A DNA stretch of 64,000 nt from Felis catus (GCF_018350175.1 NC_058368.1:188172001-188236000), one strand, 5' to 3'. Positions 13,650-25,460 are shown, counted from the stretch's first letter. Program-made: numbers and translations. Notes: generated by a model from the letters alone, not told the origin.

Positions 13650-13852
13650 GAAAAATGTTAGAAGACTCAGAATTTGCTTCAAAATATTCTTGGGGTGTAG
13701 AGGATGGTGATGGATGAGAATAGATGAGAATATAGATAAAATTAGATGAACTATAGGTTTATCATTGTTGAATCTCTGTGATGAGTATGTTGGGTGTTCA
13801 TTATTTTCTTCTAGTTTATATACCTTTGAAATTTTCTGAAATAATTAAAAAA
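13650..13852 (+). mobile_element. Ancient L1M(D/E) 3' UTR fragment
   Basis: atttgcttcaaaata...gttgaatctctgtgatgagtatg...ttcattattttcttctagttt...tttgaaatttt. Confidence 0.65.
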
Positions 13853-13854
13853 AT

Positions 13855-14063
13855 TTTTTTAATGTTTATTTATTCTTGAGAAACAGAGAGAGACAGAGTG
13901 CAAGTTGGAGAGGGACAGAGAGAGAGTGAGACAGAATCTGAAGGAGGCTCCAGGCTTTGAGCTGTCAGCCCAGAGCCCAACGCAGGCCTGAACCCAAGAA
14001 CTGTGAGATCATGACCTGAGCCAAAGTCGGATGCTTAACTGACTGAACCACCCAGACGCCCCC
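13855..14063 (-). mobile_element. CanSINE
   Basis: Full-length reverse copy. Confidence 0.95.
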
Positions 14064-14100
14064 TGAAATTTTTTTTTTTTTTTTTTAAGAAAATAGTATA

Positions 14101-14324
14101 GGGGCGCCTGGGTGGCGCAGTCGGTTAAGCGTCCGACTTCAGCCAGGTCACCATCTCGCGGTCCGGGAGTTCGAGCCCCGCGTCAGGCTCTGGGCTGATG
14201 GCTCGGAGCCTGGAGCCTGCTTCGGATTCTGTGTCTCCTTCTCTCTCTGCCCCTCCCCCATTCATGCTCTGTCTCTCTCTGTCTCAAAAATAAATAAATG
14301 TTAAAAAAAAAAAAAGAAAAAAAA
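14101..14324 (+). mobile_element. Young SINEC_Fc
   Basis: CpG-rich head ggggcgcctgggtggcgcagtcggttaagcgtccgac; perfect TSD aagaaaatagtata. Confidence 0.97.
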
Positions 14325-15060
14325 AAGAAAATAGTATAACTATGGTCTGTCTAGTCTTCAATTCCATAGAAAATTTCATCTCACTGGAAATGTAAATGTG
14401 ACCAGGGGTATGGCTTAGATTTTCTGCACAAAGCTGTGGGCACCCCTTACATCCAAACACTCTCCATGTCCTGTCCCTTCAGCCTCCAAATGTTATCTCA
14501 AATCTGTCCATTTGTCTCCTCCACTGCCACGATCCGAGTCCTAGCCACCACCAGCATTGCTTGCTTATAATTTGCCTTCCTAATTCCAGCAGGAATATCC
14601 GTTTCCAATCTTTTCTTCCTCCTGGAGATGGAGTGATCTGTTCAAAATGCTAATCTGACATTCTCACGAGAAAAAAGCAAGATGCAGAACAGTATACATA
14701 ATTTTTGTACAAGAGAGGGGAAACAACTTATTTACACACACCCACATATGTATATACTATTTCCTTACATTTGCAAAGAGAAACCCCTGGAAAGATAAAC
14801 CAAAAACTAAATAAAAATAAAAGGGGAGGAAATGCACAATGGAGGACATAGGTTGGCAGCAAAACTTCTCTAAATATGTCCCCTTACAGATCTTGACTTT
14901 GGGAATCATGTAAATGTTTACACATTCAAAAAATAACATTAAGCGAAACCAAAAGAAAATAAGAGATTTCTGAAAATTGAAACCAAATTGAAATAAAGAA
15001 AAAAAGCAATTGTTTATCACATTGGTAATATTAACCACAATAAGAAAATAATTATTTCAA

Positions 15061-15272
15061 TTTTTTTTATGTTTATTCATTTTTGAAAGACGGAGAGAGA
15101 CAGAGCACAAGCAGAGGTGGGGCAGAGGGAGAGGGGGACACAGAATCTGAAGCAGGCTCCAGGCTCTGAGCTGTCAGCACGTGAGCCTGACACGGGGCTC
15201 AAACTCACAAACTGCAAGATCACGACCTGAGCCAAAGTCAGATGCTCAACCGACTGAGCCACCCAGGTGCCC
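15061..15272 (-). mobile_element. CanSINE
   Basis: 18-bp TSD agaaaata(a/g)ttatttcaa at 15043 and 15273. Confidence 0.97.
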
Positions 15273-15389
15273 AGAAAATAGTTATTTCAAATAACTTTCA
15301 TAAAAAGCATTTTGACTTTACATTCTTGTGAAACATTTTAAGAACCAGAAAAAAAGTTGCAAATGAATCTTAGACTTCATTCAGTACTC

Positions 15390-15461
15390 TTTTTACTTAT
15401 TTATTTATTTATTTATTTATTTAGAGAGGGAGCACGTGTGATCAGGGAAGGGGGGGGAGGA

Positions 15462-15498
<37 letters not shown>

Positions 15499-15624
15499 CC
15501 CAAGCAGTCTCCACACTGTCAGCACAGAGTCCAATGCAGGGCTTGAACCCATGAACCATGAGATAATGACTTGAGCCAAAATCAAGAGTTGGACGCTTAA
15601 CTGATCAAGCCACCCAGGTGCTCC
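15390..15624 (-). mobile_element. CanSINE
   Basis: (TTTA)n tail, (GA)n, reversed head. Confidence 0.93.
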
Positions 15625-15974
15625 TGCACTCTTAATGTTAGTATTAGGTTGAACTCTATGAAATTGCCTATATTTGACCATATTGGATGTATTAAAATGA
15701 CAATTTTGTATGTTGCAAATAAATATAGTAATATATTATTATGATACAAACATGGTAATACTATTTTATAAATATAACATAATGTGTTTATATATGTAAT
15801 ATGAATATAATTCATATAAGTATAGCATAAATTATAGCCACATTGGTCTTATTTTTGGAAATACTTTGTATATATTATAGAATAAAACTAATAAGCAATC
15901 ATGTTAATGTTAAGGCAAAAATTTTCAGCAAAATAAAATAAGTATTATTTTAGAAGTTAATAAAAAGGTTGATA

Positions 15975-16440
15975 TTTTAAATTGAAATATAATTAACCTA
16001 TAAATTATATTTGTTTGAGGTGTATAATGTGTTGGTTGGAAACATTTGTATATTGCAATATGATTACTACAGTAGTGTTAGCTAGCACCTCTATCATATC
16101 ACATAATTATCTGGTTTTGTGGAGTTTTTTTTTGTATTGAGAACAATAAACACCTAGTCTCTTAACAACTTTGAAGTTTATAAATACAGTATCGTTGACT
16201 GTAATCACTAGGTTGTACATTAGATATTCACAACTTGTTTATCTACTAGTTGCAAGTTCGTATCTTTAAACACCTCCCCAACACCCCTAGCCCCTGGTTA
16301 CACCACTCTACTCTGTTTTTACAAGTTCACCTTTTTTAGATTCCACGTATTAGTGGAATAAAGTAAAGAGGCATGAAGTATAAGTAACATAAAGTATTGT
16401 GTTTCCCTTTCTGATTTATCTCACTTAGTATAATGTCCTC
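15975..16440 (-). mobile_element. L1MA-like 3' end fragment
   Basis: attgaaatataattaac...gttgtacattagatattca...ttttagattccacgtattagtg...atctcacttagtataatg. Confidence 0.75.
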
Positions 16441-17052
16441 AAATTGAATTGCAAATATCAGCATGAACTCATGATTCTTTTTCAAATATACTCCTTTCCT
16501 ACACTCTGAAAAGACCTACAAGCAATGGCAAGCCAGAAACAATGAGTAAGCCCACGACCCAGATTATGGTCTCTAAATATCTTCCCACTAAAGAGGAAGC
16601 AGAGATCCTTGTAGAAATGACAGAAAATAGAAAAGTTAAGTTGGGGGTGTGTTATTGTGTAAGGAAGCAAAGGAACTATCAAAGGGTATTGAGGTCCAGT
16701 TAAAGAGAGAAAGACTTGATAAGAGGAAATTCCCGTTGGCTAAAGGAGGACAATTTGGCCAAAGGAGGACAATTTATATACATCAATAGAATGATGAGTA
16801 TGAATGCATAAAAACCACAATTCATAATGATACTGAAAAAAAGGATCAGTGCACAAGAGCTCTTTATCCTTCACAGCCGAGCCCAGAGGTTGTTCCTGTA
16901 AAGAATTTCCTGCTGCCTTCCAAAGTTAATTTCTCCCTCCTCTGTGCCATTATTGTGCCTTACATTTACAATTTCCTTTACATTGCACTGTTTGTCTCCC
17001 CAGCCAGGCTGTGAACTCTGTAAAGCTGGAACTGTGCTTTGTTCAACTCTAT

Positions 17053-17474
17053 TATTAAAAAGAAAGATACAAGGCCCAAGGTGGAGTCACATGCCCTCTG
17101 AACTGCAAACCCAAACTTAATTGCCGTTTCAACCTCTCCAGGAGTAGTTTTGACCCAATCATTCTGGAATTTTGTGGTCAGTGCCAGTGAAGTAATCTGC
17201 CCCAGGGCTCTCTCCATCCTCCAGAGAAAGATAAGGTAATTCACCTAATAACCCCCTGCCCTTCCCTCTAAGGGAAGGTGACCTTGCCTGAAACAATCCT
17301 TTCTTTTCTTTTGCAAAAATGTTGTTCCACTCTCCTTCCTATAAAAAACCTTTCGTTTTATACAACTCCTTGGAGCCCCCCTCTACTTGCTAGACAGGGT
17401 ATTGTTGATTGATTCATAAATCACTTAACAAAGCCAGTCAGATCTTCAGATTTACTCAGGTAAATTTTTTAACC
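17053..17474 (+). mobile_element. ERV1 (MER34-like) solo LTR inside an L2 fragment
   Basis: ggcccaaggtggagtcac start, ctataaaaa TATA-like box, 4-bp TSD ctat at 17049 and 17475. Confidence 0.7.
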
Positions 17475-17770
17475 CTATCTTACCAACACTCAGCAACATA
17501 CCTTGCCTTGAATAGTGCTCAATACATTTTTGTTCAAATGCAAAACCATCAAAACTTTCAAAACTACCAAAACACACAATTACCAAGATACATATTGTCT
17601 TTAGCAGATATTACACATAAAGGAATATATTACATTCTAGGCCTTATAAAAAGATTCCTAATATGACTTCTAGTGTGACTTAGGATATAGGACTCCTTAT
17701 CACCCCTATTTCAAGTCTTCTGGCGCTTTCTGTTATTTGCCTTTGAGACATGAGCTAGTCATTATTGTGT

Positions 17771-18352
17771 TGTTGCAGAATTTTTTACCTCCATACCCAG
17801 GGTTTGTTGTCTCCCGGCAACACAAATTGGGCAGCAGGCAAAAGTGTATTAGAGTATAAGATCAGAAAGGAAGAGTAGTATGAAAGCTCTCTTTACAGTG
17901 TGAGGGGGCATTCGCAAGTGAATGCCCGTCAACTACAGGCAAGAGTCTTTGTTTTATAAGGTTCTGGTAGCCCGCCCCCATCCCTTCCTTCTTGTTCCTT
18001 CTCAGGTTGTACCCTTATTGGCTGGAGAGTTCTAGGCTCTGGGTTGCCCATTCCTGATTGGCTCCACTCCATTGTGTGAGGGGTCAGACTGGTCATACTG
18101 TCCCTTCTATAACATAAGTTTCATGGTTTACTTTTTTTAGTTAGGTATCTTGATTGTCAAATTCCTGCTGGGAACCTGAGTGGGAGTAGCTGGGATCTCT
18201 CACATTCTTAAGAGGGGGAGTTGTTTACACCCGAGGGGGTTTGCTGGGCTCACAGCTCAGTATTGTTCCAAAATATGTGTTTTTCCCCATCCAGGGAACT
18301 CAGGTCTTAATCTTTCCCTCTCTGGCTACTTTATCCTATTTTTACTATCACA
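17771..18352 (-). mobile_element. ERV solo LTR (carnivore-type; family uncertain)
   Basis: TG...CA termini; reversed TATA (ttttataa) and CCAAT (attggc x2) boxes. Confidence 0.6.
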
Positions 18353-19069
18353 ATGTTGCCTCTTCACTGTGAAGGTCACCGTATGCCATGTGGCCATTCA
18401 TTTATTTGCTGTTTTTCAAAAGATGCCCATGTGGGAAGTTTGATTACCATAACTGGGCAGATAAAATTGGAGAAATAATAAAGCAAATTAATGTGGCAGG
18501 ACTTGCAGCCTGCATTTCCCCCTGCAACTTCAAACAAACCATTTCCTTCCTTTGGGTCTCAGTTTCCTCATCTACAGAATCAGATCTCACCAGCTGATCC
18601 CAGACCCCTCTCCTATGACCCAGCGTCTACGATAATTTTACCTGGCAGAACTCGAAGGGCGACAATACACCTTATGCAGCAGGCTGATTGTGTGCACGCA
18701 GGAGGTGTCTGACCAGGGGATCATTTCCTGGTAAGACAAGGAAAAAACAAAAAGCTGTTATCTGGCTGGCCCAGGACCTGATGTTGCAATTTTTCGTATC
18801 TCAGGTAGGTTGGGGAGTAGCCTGGAGGGATGATTCACTGCAGTTCTACCTACGTAAAATAGAATACACAATGGGATAAATAGAAATACAGAGCCTGTCT
18901 AGGAAGAAGGACAGAGAATACTACAAGCAATGTGATGGACCTTCCCACCCCCATCCCTACTATAACCACCTGTTGACCCAGAATTCCAGATCAACAAATT
19001 TGTAGAAGACAGTCTCCCCACACCTGACTGTTTTCCAGGGCAGACACTGCTAGCTAATCATGGCACTAT

Positions 19070-19320
19070 TTTCTTCTTCTTCACCTTCTCCTTCTCCTTC
19101 TCCTTCTTCTCCTTCTCCTTCTCCTCCTCCTCCTCCTCCTTCTCCTTCTCCTTCTTCCCCTTCCCCTTCCCCTTCCCCTTCTCCTTCTCCTTCTTCTTCT
19201 TCCCCTTCCCCTTCTCTTTCTTCTTCTTCCCCTTCTTCTTCTTCTTCTTCTTCTTCTTCTTCTTCTTCGTCTTCTTTTCTCCTCCTCCTCCCCCTCCTCC
19301 TCCTCCTTCTTCTTCTCTTT
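19070..19320. repeat. Compound (TTC)/(TCC)/(TTCCCC) polypyrimidine microsatellite
   Basis: ~250 bp almost devoid of A/G. Confidence 0.95.
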
Positions 19321-19551
19321 AATTAAAAAAGGTTTTTTTAATGTTTATTTTATTTTTGAGAGAGACAGACAGACAGAGACAGAGCATGAGTGAGGGAGGG
19401 GCAGAGAGAGAGGGAGACACAGAATCCAAAGCAGGCTCCAGGTTCTGAGCTGTCAGCACAGAGCCCAATGTGGGGCTTGAACTCACGAACCGTGAGATCG
19501 TGACCTGAACCGAAGTTGGATGCTTAACTGACTGAGCCACCCAGATGCCCC
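19321..19551 (-). mobile_element. CanSINE (SINEC_Fc-like)
   Basis: Full length; TSD gcactattttcttct at 19063 and 19553. Confidence 0.96.
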
Positions 19552-20344
19552 AGCACTATTTTCTTCTAAAGGCAGACTAGGGATCTTTCTCAATACAGTG
19601 TGTTCCAAATACCAGCAATTGATTGGAGTTGGTATTTACCTGAAGTCTATTTTCCATCCTGGGCTGAAATTTCCTCCTGATTCTAGCAAAATACTAAGAA
19701 GATTCTAGCAAAATACTAAGAAGATGTCTGTAATTTAAACTAAGTAAGGGAACTTGAGTAAGTTTCCTACTTTGGGTGCTGATTTGTAAACAGAGAATTT
19801 CCTGGACCCCTGCCCTGTGTTTTTTGGATTCTAAAATTCTTACCTCCTTTTGGAAAATAGGGGCACCTACATGACCCTGCTGTCCCAAAGCTCCGGCTTC
19901 CTCATGACATAGGATTTAGGCAGCCCAGAGTGTATCTGGACACATCTGGTGTGACAAGCATTAGTTGTCTACAGAACTACAAGGGCCATGAGTCATCTTT
20001 TGATAACTCTCCCCAACTTCCAGACAACTTCTCTGGGATCAAAACAATCAGATTAGGCTGAAGTGAAGCTTGGCAGATAGTGTCCAAGAAAGCCCAGAGG
20101 GCTGGCATCTGTTAAGCAGTCATTGCTAACACCTTCCTTGTTAAGAAGCTACTTTCTCTTGTCTTGTTTCAGGCTTCAGTTGCTTTTATTTGTCCTGGAG
20201 CCTAGATCAATAATCTCAATCTCTCCCTCTCCTCCAGTGGAAATAAATAATTTCATATGGAGGGAGGGAAGTGGGACAAATGGCACAGCGACCGAGTGTA
20301 GAAGGGGAGGTATGTAAGAATGCCAATAGAGGGAACAATAGATG

Positions 20345-20545
20345 GCATATACTGAGCACTTTCTGTGGATCAAGCACTGTGTTATCACATTTACTCTTGA
20401 CAATTTAGGAGATCTGCACTATTATTAATCTCCATTTTACACATGAGAAAATTTAGGCTCAGGGTGTTAATGTTTTAGGGTCCTACAGTGAGTTTGTAGT
20501 AGAGGAAAACCTGAGGCATGTCTCTCTGACTTATTCCACCACAAC
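20345..20545 (-). mobile_element. MIR
   Basis: tccattttacacatgagaaaatttaggctcag. Confidence 0.7.
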
Positions 20546-20599
20546 GCACTGCATGTCCCAATCCAACACTGAAGGATTTTCCTTAAACCACCGCAGGTG

Positions 20600-21045
20600 C
20601 ATTAGTCAAATTTCTTTTCGTGTGAAGGGCGGAAAACCCATATTCAGGGAACCATCCCTCTCCATTTATTGATTTTGCTTTTGCTCTATTCTTGGGCAGT
20701 CTATCCCTTCATGGTAGCAAGATGTTCACCATCAGCACAAGACTTTGACCTATGCCCTCAGCAACCCCAATAGGAGAAATGATTCTTTCTCCTTATAGCT
20801 CTAGTAAAAACCTGGGATTGCGTCTTTTTGTTCTGATCCATCACTACGCCCCACTGAAAAGAAATTAAAATTCATTGTCCAGACCTAGGTCAGCAGCTAC
20901 CCATCCCCGGAGTGAGTGGGAAGAAAAACACTTTCAAGTTATAGAGGCTAAAAATCAGGAAGGGATATTCCCCTAAGCCAAATTCAAGTGCAGTGTCTTG
21001 TAGGAAAGTGGATTGGTATCAACAGTCAGAACAACAGATGTCCGC
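20600..21045 (-). mobile_element. Old MLT1 LTR
   Basis: catggtagcaagatg...ctcagcaacccca...acaacagatgtcc motifs of reversed MLT1K/L. Confidence 0.5.
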
Positions 21046-21689
21046 TCGCTAAATTTTTATCTGTGCAACATCCACAATATTCTCAAAGAATCAGCCATAT
21101 GAAACAATTAGAAGTTGTTTGTCCTGGTCAAATCCCAGAAGTTTAGAACTTTTCCTGGTACTGGAGCCTGGTCCCAGATCTAGTGTATTAATATAGTCAT
21201 CGTGGGCAGCCTCTCCATTGTCCTCCTTTGCCCCTCTAGCCAAAGCTTCACAGAGGTCCCTCAGCCGTCACAGGCAGAAGCAAGTGTGGGCTCCTCTCCT
21301 CAGGTGGAGAAAGGCTGCACTTTTGCCCTAAGAGAGTTTTAAGTCCTGCCTTGTCCCTAGGCTAGGGGGTGGGAGGGACTCCAGCCTCCCACTTGGGGTC
21401 ACTTGCCTCTCAGATCAGTTTCAGTGTTCTTCAAACCCCCTTTGTCATTCAAGGCCAGGTTCTCATGCACCTTCTCCATGAAGTTTTTTTATTCCATTCT
21501 ACTATAGTACTTATCCCACATCTCTCACGATGCAAGATTTTCTTTATTTAAAAAGATTTTTTTGTTTAATGTCAAAATGTTTGATGCATATACAAGAGTG
21601 CTTGTAATAGATGTATAACTTGCAAGGAATAATTATAAAACAAATGTCCATGAACCTACTGCCTGATATAAGAACTCTATGTGATTTGG

Positions 21690-21777
21690 CCGGTGTTTAG
21701 GAATGTGGTTGATTTTTACATTTTAATCTCATGTCCAGCCACTTTCTTTCTTTCTTTTCTTTTCTTTTTTTGTTTTT

Positions 21778-21823
<46 letters not shown>

Positions 21824-22146
21824 CTTAAGCAGTTTCCATGCTCAGTGTGGAGCCTGATGGGGGACTTGATCCCACGATCGTGGGATCATGACCTGAGCTG
21901 AAATCAAGAGTCAGACACTCAACTGCCTGAGCCACCCAGGCGCCCCATCAGCCACTTTCTTAATCACTTGTTGATTGATTCTTATAATCTTTCTGTAGAT
22001 TAATTTAAGCTTTTCAGGTAATCATTTCATCTGTGAATAATGGCATTTTTTCTTTCTAGTCTTTTAAACTTTTTTGTGTGTGTTGTTCTTACTATATTGG
22101 TTAGACTTCCAAACAATATGAAATAGAAATTGTGTTAATAGGCCTA
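21690..22146 (-). mobile_element. Ancient L1 ORF2 fragment (SINE inside)
   Basis: Reverse complement resembles ORF2 ctattcaacatagtactggaagtcctagcc region. Confidence 0.6.
21749..21946 (-). mobile_element. CanSINE
   Basis: TSD cagccactttctt at 21736 and 21949. Confidence 0.95.
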
Positions 22147-22411
22147 TGTGGGGGATCTGCCTTTTAGAATAAGACTCATTCTCCCAGCTGCAGGGTGCTG
22201 CTGAAGGGGGTCCTCAGTTGTATGTCTTTTCTGGGGATCACCTTGGCTGAAGAAAGCTGTCTCACTCAAGGTACACTTCCCCTCAGGACCCACCCTCCTC
22301 CAGTTACTGACACCAGAGTACAAAGGCTCAGCCTCTTTGTCCCAATCGGTTCTAAGGCACCACCTTGCTTCCAGAGCTCACTGTGAGTTTGGCTGAGGTC
22401 TTCATTGGCAC
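22147..22411 (+). mobile_element. LTR16-like ERVL LTR, 5' part
   Basis: tgtgggg start; ttctcccagctgc...ggctgaagaaagc...caagg...ccagagctc...ggctgagg. Confidence 0.7.
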
Positions 22412-22419
22412 CGAGGGCA

Positions 22420-22679
22420 AAAAAAAAAAAAAAATTCAGGTAAACTGAGGAAGTTCATCTCTAGCAGATCCTCATCAAAGAACTGTTGCCTTTCAGGGGG
22501 AGAAAACTGACCCCATTCATAACAATAAAAAAAAAAAAAAAAAACTTTCAGCTTGGGAGAGATAGAAAGAATTTCCTTAACCAAATAAAGGCTGTCTACC
22601 AAAACCCTACTGCAACCGTATTCTTAGTGGTGATGCGGTAACAACAGTCTCTTGAAAATGAGGACCCAAATAAGGAGGC
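22420..22679 (+). mobile_element. Ancient L1 fragment (end of ORF1 joined to ORF2) lying in an inverted segment
   Basis: aaactgaggaagttcatctctagcagatcc; aaggctgtctaccaaaaccctactgcaac...taaggaggc. Confidence 0.6.
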
Positions 22680-22831
22680 CGTCACAGGCTGTGTTCCACG
22701 GGAAGCAGACCTGAGACGGAAGTCACCCTACAAAATACTTACAAGGAAGCGCTCTCGGGACAAACATATGCAGAAGGGAGAGGGAGAAGCTGGCTTGGCC
22801 AAGGGAGAAATTGAGCTAAGAAACAGTGCCA
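22680..22831 (-). mobile_element. LTR16-like LTR, 3' part (inverted)
   Basis: gtcacaggctgtgttccacgggaagcagacctgagacgg is a reversed LTR16 3' terminus. Confidence 0.7.
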
Positions 22832-23075
22832 TTCTAAGAGGTTCAGGCTAACCTGCTGTAGAGGCCACATGGTGAGAGAAAGAGGCCATGATAGAAATTT
22901 CAGACCTGGGAGAGCCTCTAGCTAAATGGAGCGACGTGAGTGACCGCAGATGATACCGTGTGGAGCAGGACCGCGCAGCTCAGTGCAGAGCTGACCCATA
23001 GACCTCTGGCAAATGATAAATCATTGCTGTCTGAAGCTGCTAAATCTTGGAGTGGCATGTTATGAGGCAATTGAA
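22832..23075 (+). mobile_element. MLT1 (F/G-like) LTR 3' part
   Basis: gaggccacatgg...ctgacccataga...aagctgctaaatcttggagtggcatgttatgaggcaat. Confidence 0.65.
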
Positions 23076-23194
23076 TATGGAGACGGGGTCCTTCTGAGTA
23101 CATTGTCCAAAATGTTACTGGAAGCAAAAGTCCTATTTGTAGTTTCTGCCTTGATTTATATTTTCATTCCGTTCGTCTGTCCTTTAGGACAAAA

Positions 23195-23405
23195 TTTCAC
23201 AGTGCTAAAGAGCACGGACAGAGTTCCTGTCTTGGGTTGATACTACCCAGTTGTGTGACCTAAATTATATTACTTAACCTTTCTGGCTTTCATCATCATT
23301 TTCACCTATAAAATGAGGATATTAGTAGTATCTACATCATAGGATTTTTAGGTGCATTATATAACAATATATTGAAAGCAGCTATCCAGAGCTCAGTCCA
23401 TAGTT
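23195..23405 (+). mobile_element. MIR (tail resumes after the MLT1A)
   Basis: gtgctaaagagcacggac...ttgtgtgacct...ttacttaacctt...cacctataaaatgaggat. Confidence 0.75.
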
Positions 23406-23409
23406 ATAA

Positions 23410-23978
23410 TGTTATGATCTGAATGTTTGTGTCCCCTTCAAATATCATATGTTGAAACCCTAATGCCCAGTGCGGCGGTATTTAGAGATGGGACCTTTAG
23501 AAGGTAATTAGGCTTAGTCATGAAGACAGATGAAGCCCCCATGATGGGATTAATAAATAGAAGAAGACATATGAGATCACTCCTAAAGAGGAGGAAAGAA
23601 GGGTGCCTCTGGCTCAGTTGGTTAAGCATCTGATTCTTGATCTCGGCTCAGGTCATGATCTCAGGGTTCATGAGATCGACTCCTTATCAGGCTCTGTGCT
23701 GTCAGCACAGGGAGAATAGGATCCTCTCTCCCTCTCTGTCTCCCCCTTCCCTGCTTGCATGCTTGCTCTCAAAATAAATAAAAATAAACTTAAAAAAAAA
23801 AGAGGAAGAGACATTCACCAAGGAAACACCATGTGAGGACATAACCAGAAAGAGAGCTCTCACCAAGAACTTAACCACGACCTTAGACTGCCAGCTTCCA
23901 AAACAGTGAGAAACAAATGTTGTTTAAGCCACTTAGTCTATAGTATTTCATTATGGCAGCCCAAACTGACTAAAGGCA
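23410..23978 (+). mobile_element. MLT1A/MST-type MaLR solo LTR with a SINE inside
   Basis: tgttatgatctgaatgtttgtgtcccc...aaatgttgtttaagccac...atggcagcccaaactgactaa. Confidence 0.85.
23601..23800 (+). mobile_element. CanSINE
   Basis: gggtgcctctggctcagttggttaagc head; poly(A); TSD core aaagagga. Confidence 0.92.
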
Positions 23979-25284
23979 TAAGGCATGCTCAAAATGTTTT
24001 CTGTTGTTGTTTTCATTGATCTTGGTATTCAAAGCAATGCCAAACCTACTAGGTGCTAAATAAACAGTTTTAGAAATCAATGGCTCAATGAAAGACCTTG
24101 TAGATAAATCTCTTTGACTTCTCTTGCCTGGTTCTGCTTCAGCAATGATCTATTGTCATTTCTTCCTGCTCTGGGTCTTGCCCCTTCCCGGTCAAAAAGC
24201 TCTGGCATCTGGAATCACGCCATCATTCGTTCCTTTTCACTGATCCCTACTAATTTCAGAGTTGAACATATTTTAGTCAGGGATCAGATCAGCTCCTTGC
24301 AAAGAGGAATTTCTATCATCTTCTTTCAAATGTACATCCAAGGGCAGAGTTCACAAAAAGATCCAGGCGGGGAGAAAAAAAAAATGCTCCTCTGGCTTCT
24401 TCCCAGGTCAGAAAGCTCACTCTGGGAAGACTCTCATGTAAATCTGAAATCTGATGCTACTCATCAAAAAATGTCATTTGAATCCAGTGCTACTTTAGCA
24501 TGAGGCCTGCTGAATTGTTGATTACATTGGCTGTCTGAATACTAGTCTTTACAGTTTCGTGATGGAAGCCTAAGACAAATCACTCAGCAGAGGAAGAAAA
24601 GAACAAGTAAGATAGTGCCCTCTTACGCAAAGTTAAGGGAGCTCAGCTACTTTGATGGCCTCTAGCAATTGCTGCCAGGGTTTTCCTGTAGCTCCAAATA
24701 AGAGTGCTCCAGCATTGTCCTGAAAGAAGGAAGCAGGAGCCCAGGCCCAAATTGCTGACCCATTTTCCAATGACAAACTGCTTTACTGTGGTGGATACCA
24801 GACAGATGCCTTCCCAGGAAAGCCAGGAGAGGTGGACAGACTAATGATAGTGGCATTTTGTTATTATCCTACAAGCGCCACCCATGATATTTGCTTGGAG
24901 CCCTCAGATGGGTCCCTCTTCATCTTCAACACAGGTCCATATTCACAGAACCCTAATTGCACTAAGTAGTAAGAACCTGCTTCTCTCCTTCTTTATGCTC
25001 TTGCATGGCCAGCATTTTGTTGGACTTGGCTAAGATTTCTGGTGCACTCTCTGGAGCCAAAGAGTTCATTGGCTTAAAATTGTTGAGAGTCTGTTTGTTT
25101 CAATCATCCCAGGTGCAGGGAAAAAAGAGGGACTTGTGTGCAGCTGAGCATGGAATCCCATCATCTGGGAGAGAGAGAAGGATTAAGGAAGAAGAGAAGG
25201 AAGGCAGAAAAGAAAAGTCCAATGAAAGGCTGGAGGCCACGTTCGTTGGGAAAAAGGATCCATAGGGAGTAGTGGGTAAGGTGA

Positions 25285-25460
25285 ACAAGACAGAATTCAA
25301 ATCCCATTGTTGCTACTTACTTAGTGTGGGATTTGAAGAAGTTGCTTAATCTCTCTGAGCCTCACTCTCCTCTTCTAGAAAAGGATATAATACTCACCTT
25401 GAGTTTTGTTGTAAGAAAACTGCAGTGCATAGCACATGGTGATTTCTCAGTAAATGATTA
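25285..25460 (+). mobile_element. MIR
   Basis: ttcaaatccc...aagttgcttaatctctctgagcctc. Confidence 0.75.

Larger units (their letters stand above)
14670..16840 (+). mobile_element. L1MC-like 3' region with nested insertions
   Basis: aaaaagcaagatgcagaacagtata...ttgactttgggaatcatgtaaatgttt...cagattatggtctctaaata...cccactaaa. Confidence 0.6.

Noticed and set aside
14101..14190. tRNA-like sequence
   Set aside because: tRNA-derived head of a CanSINE, not a tRNA gene.
16737..16776. 19-bp tandem duplication (similar 11-12 bp ones at 61266 and 62043)
   Set aside because: Ordinary two-copy slippage events; no repeat-spacer (CRISPR-like) structure.
19060..19326. Ser/Pro-rich ORF
   Set aside because: Translation of the pyrimidine microsatellite.
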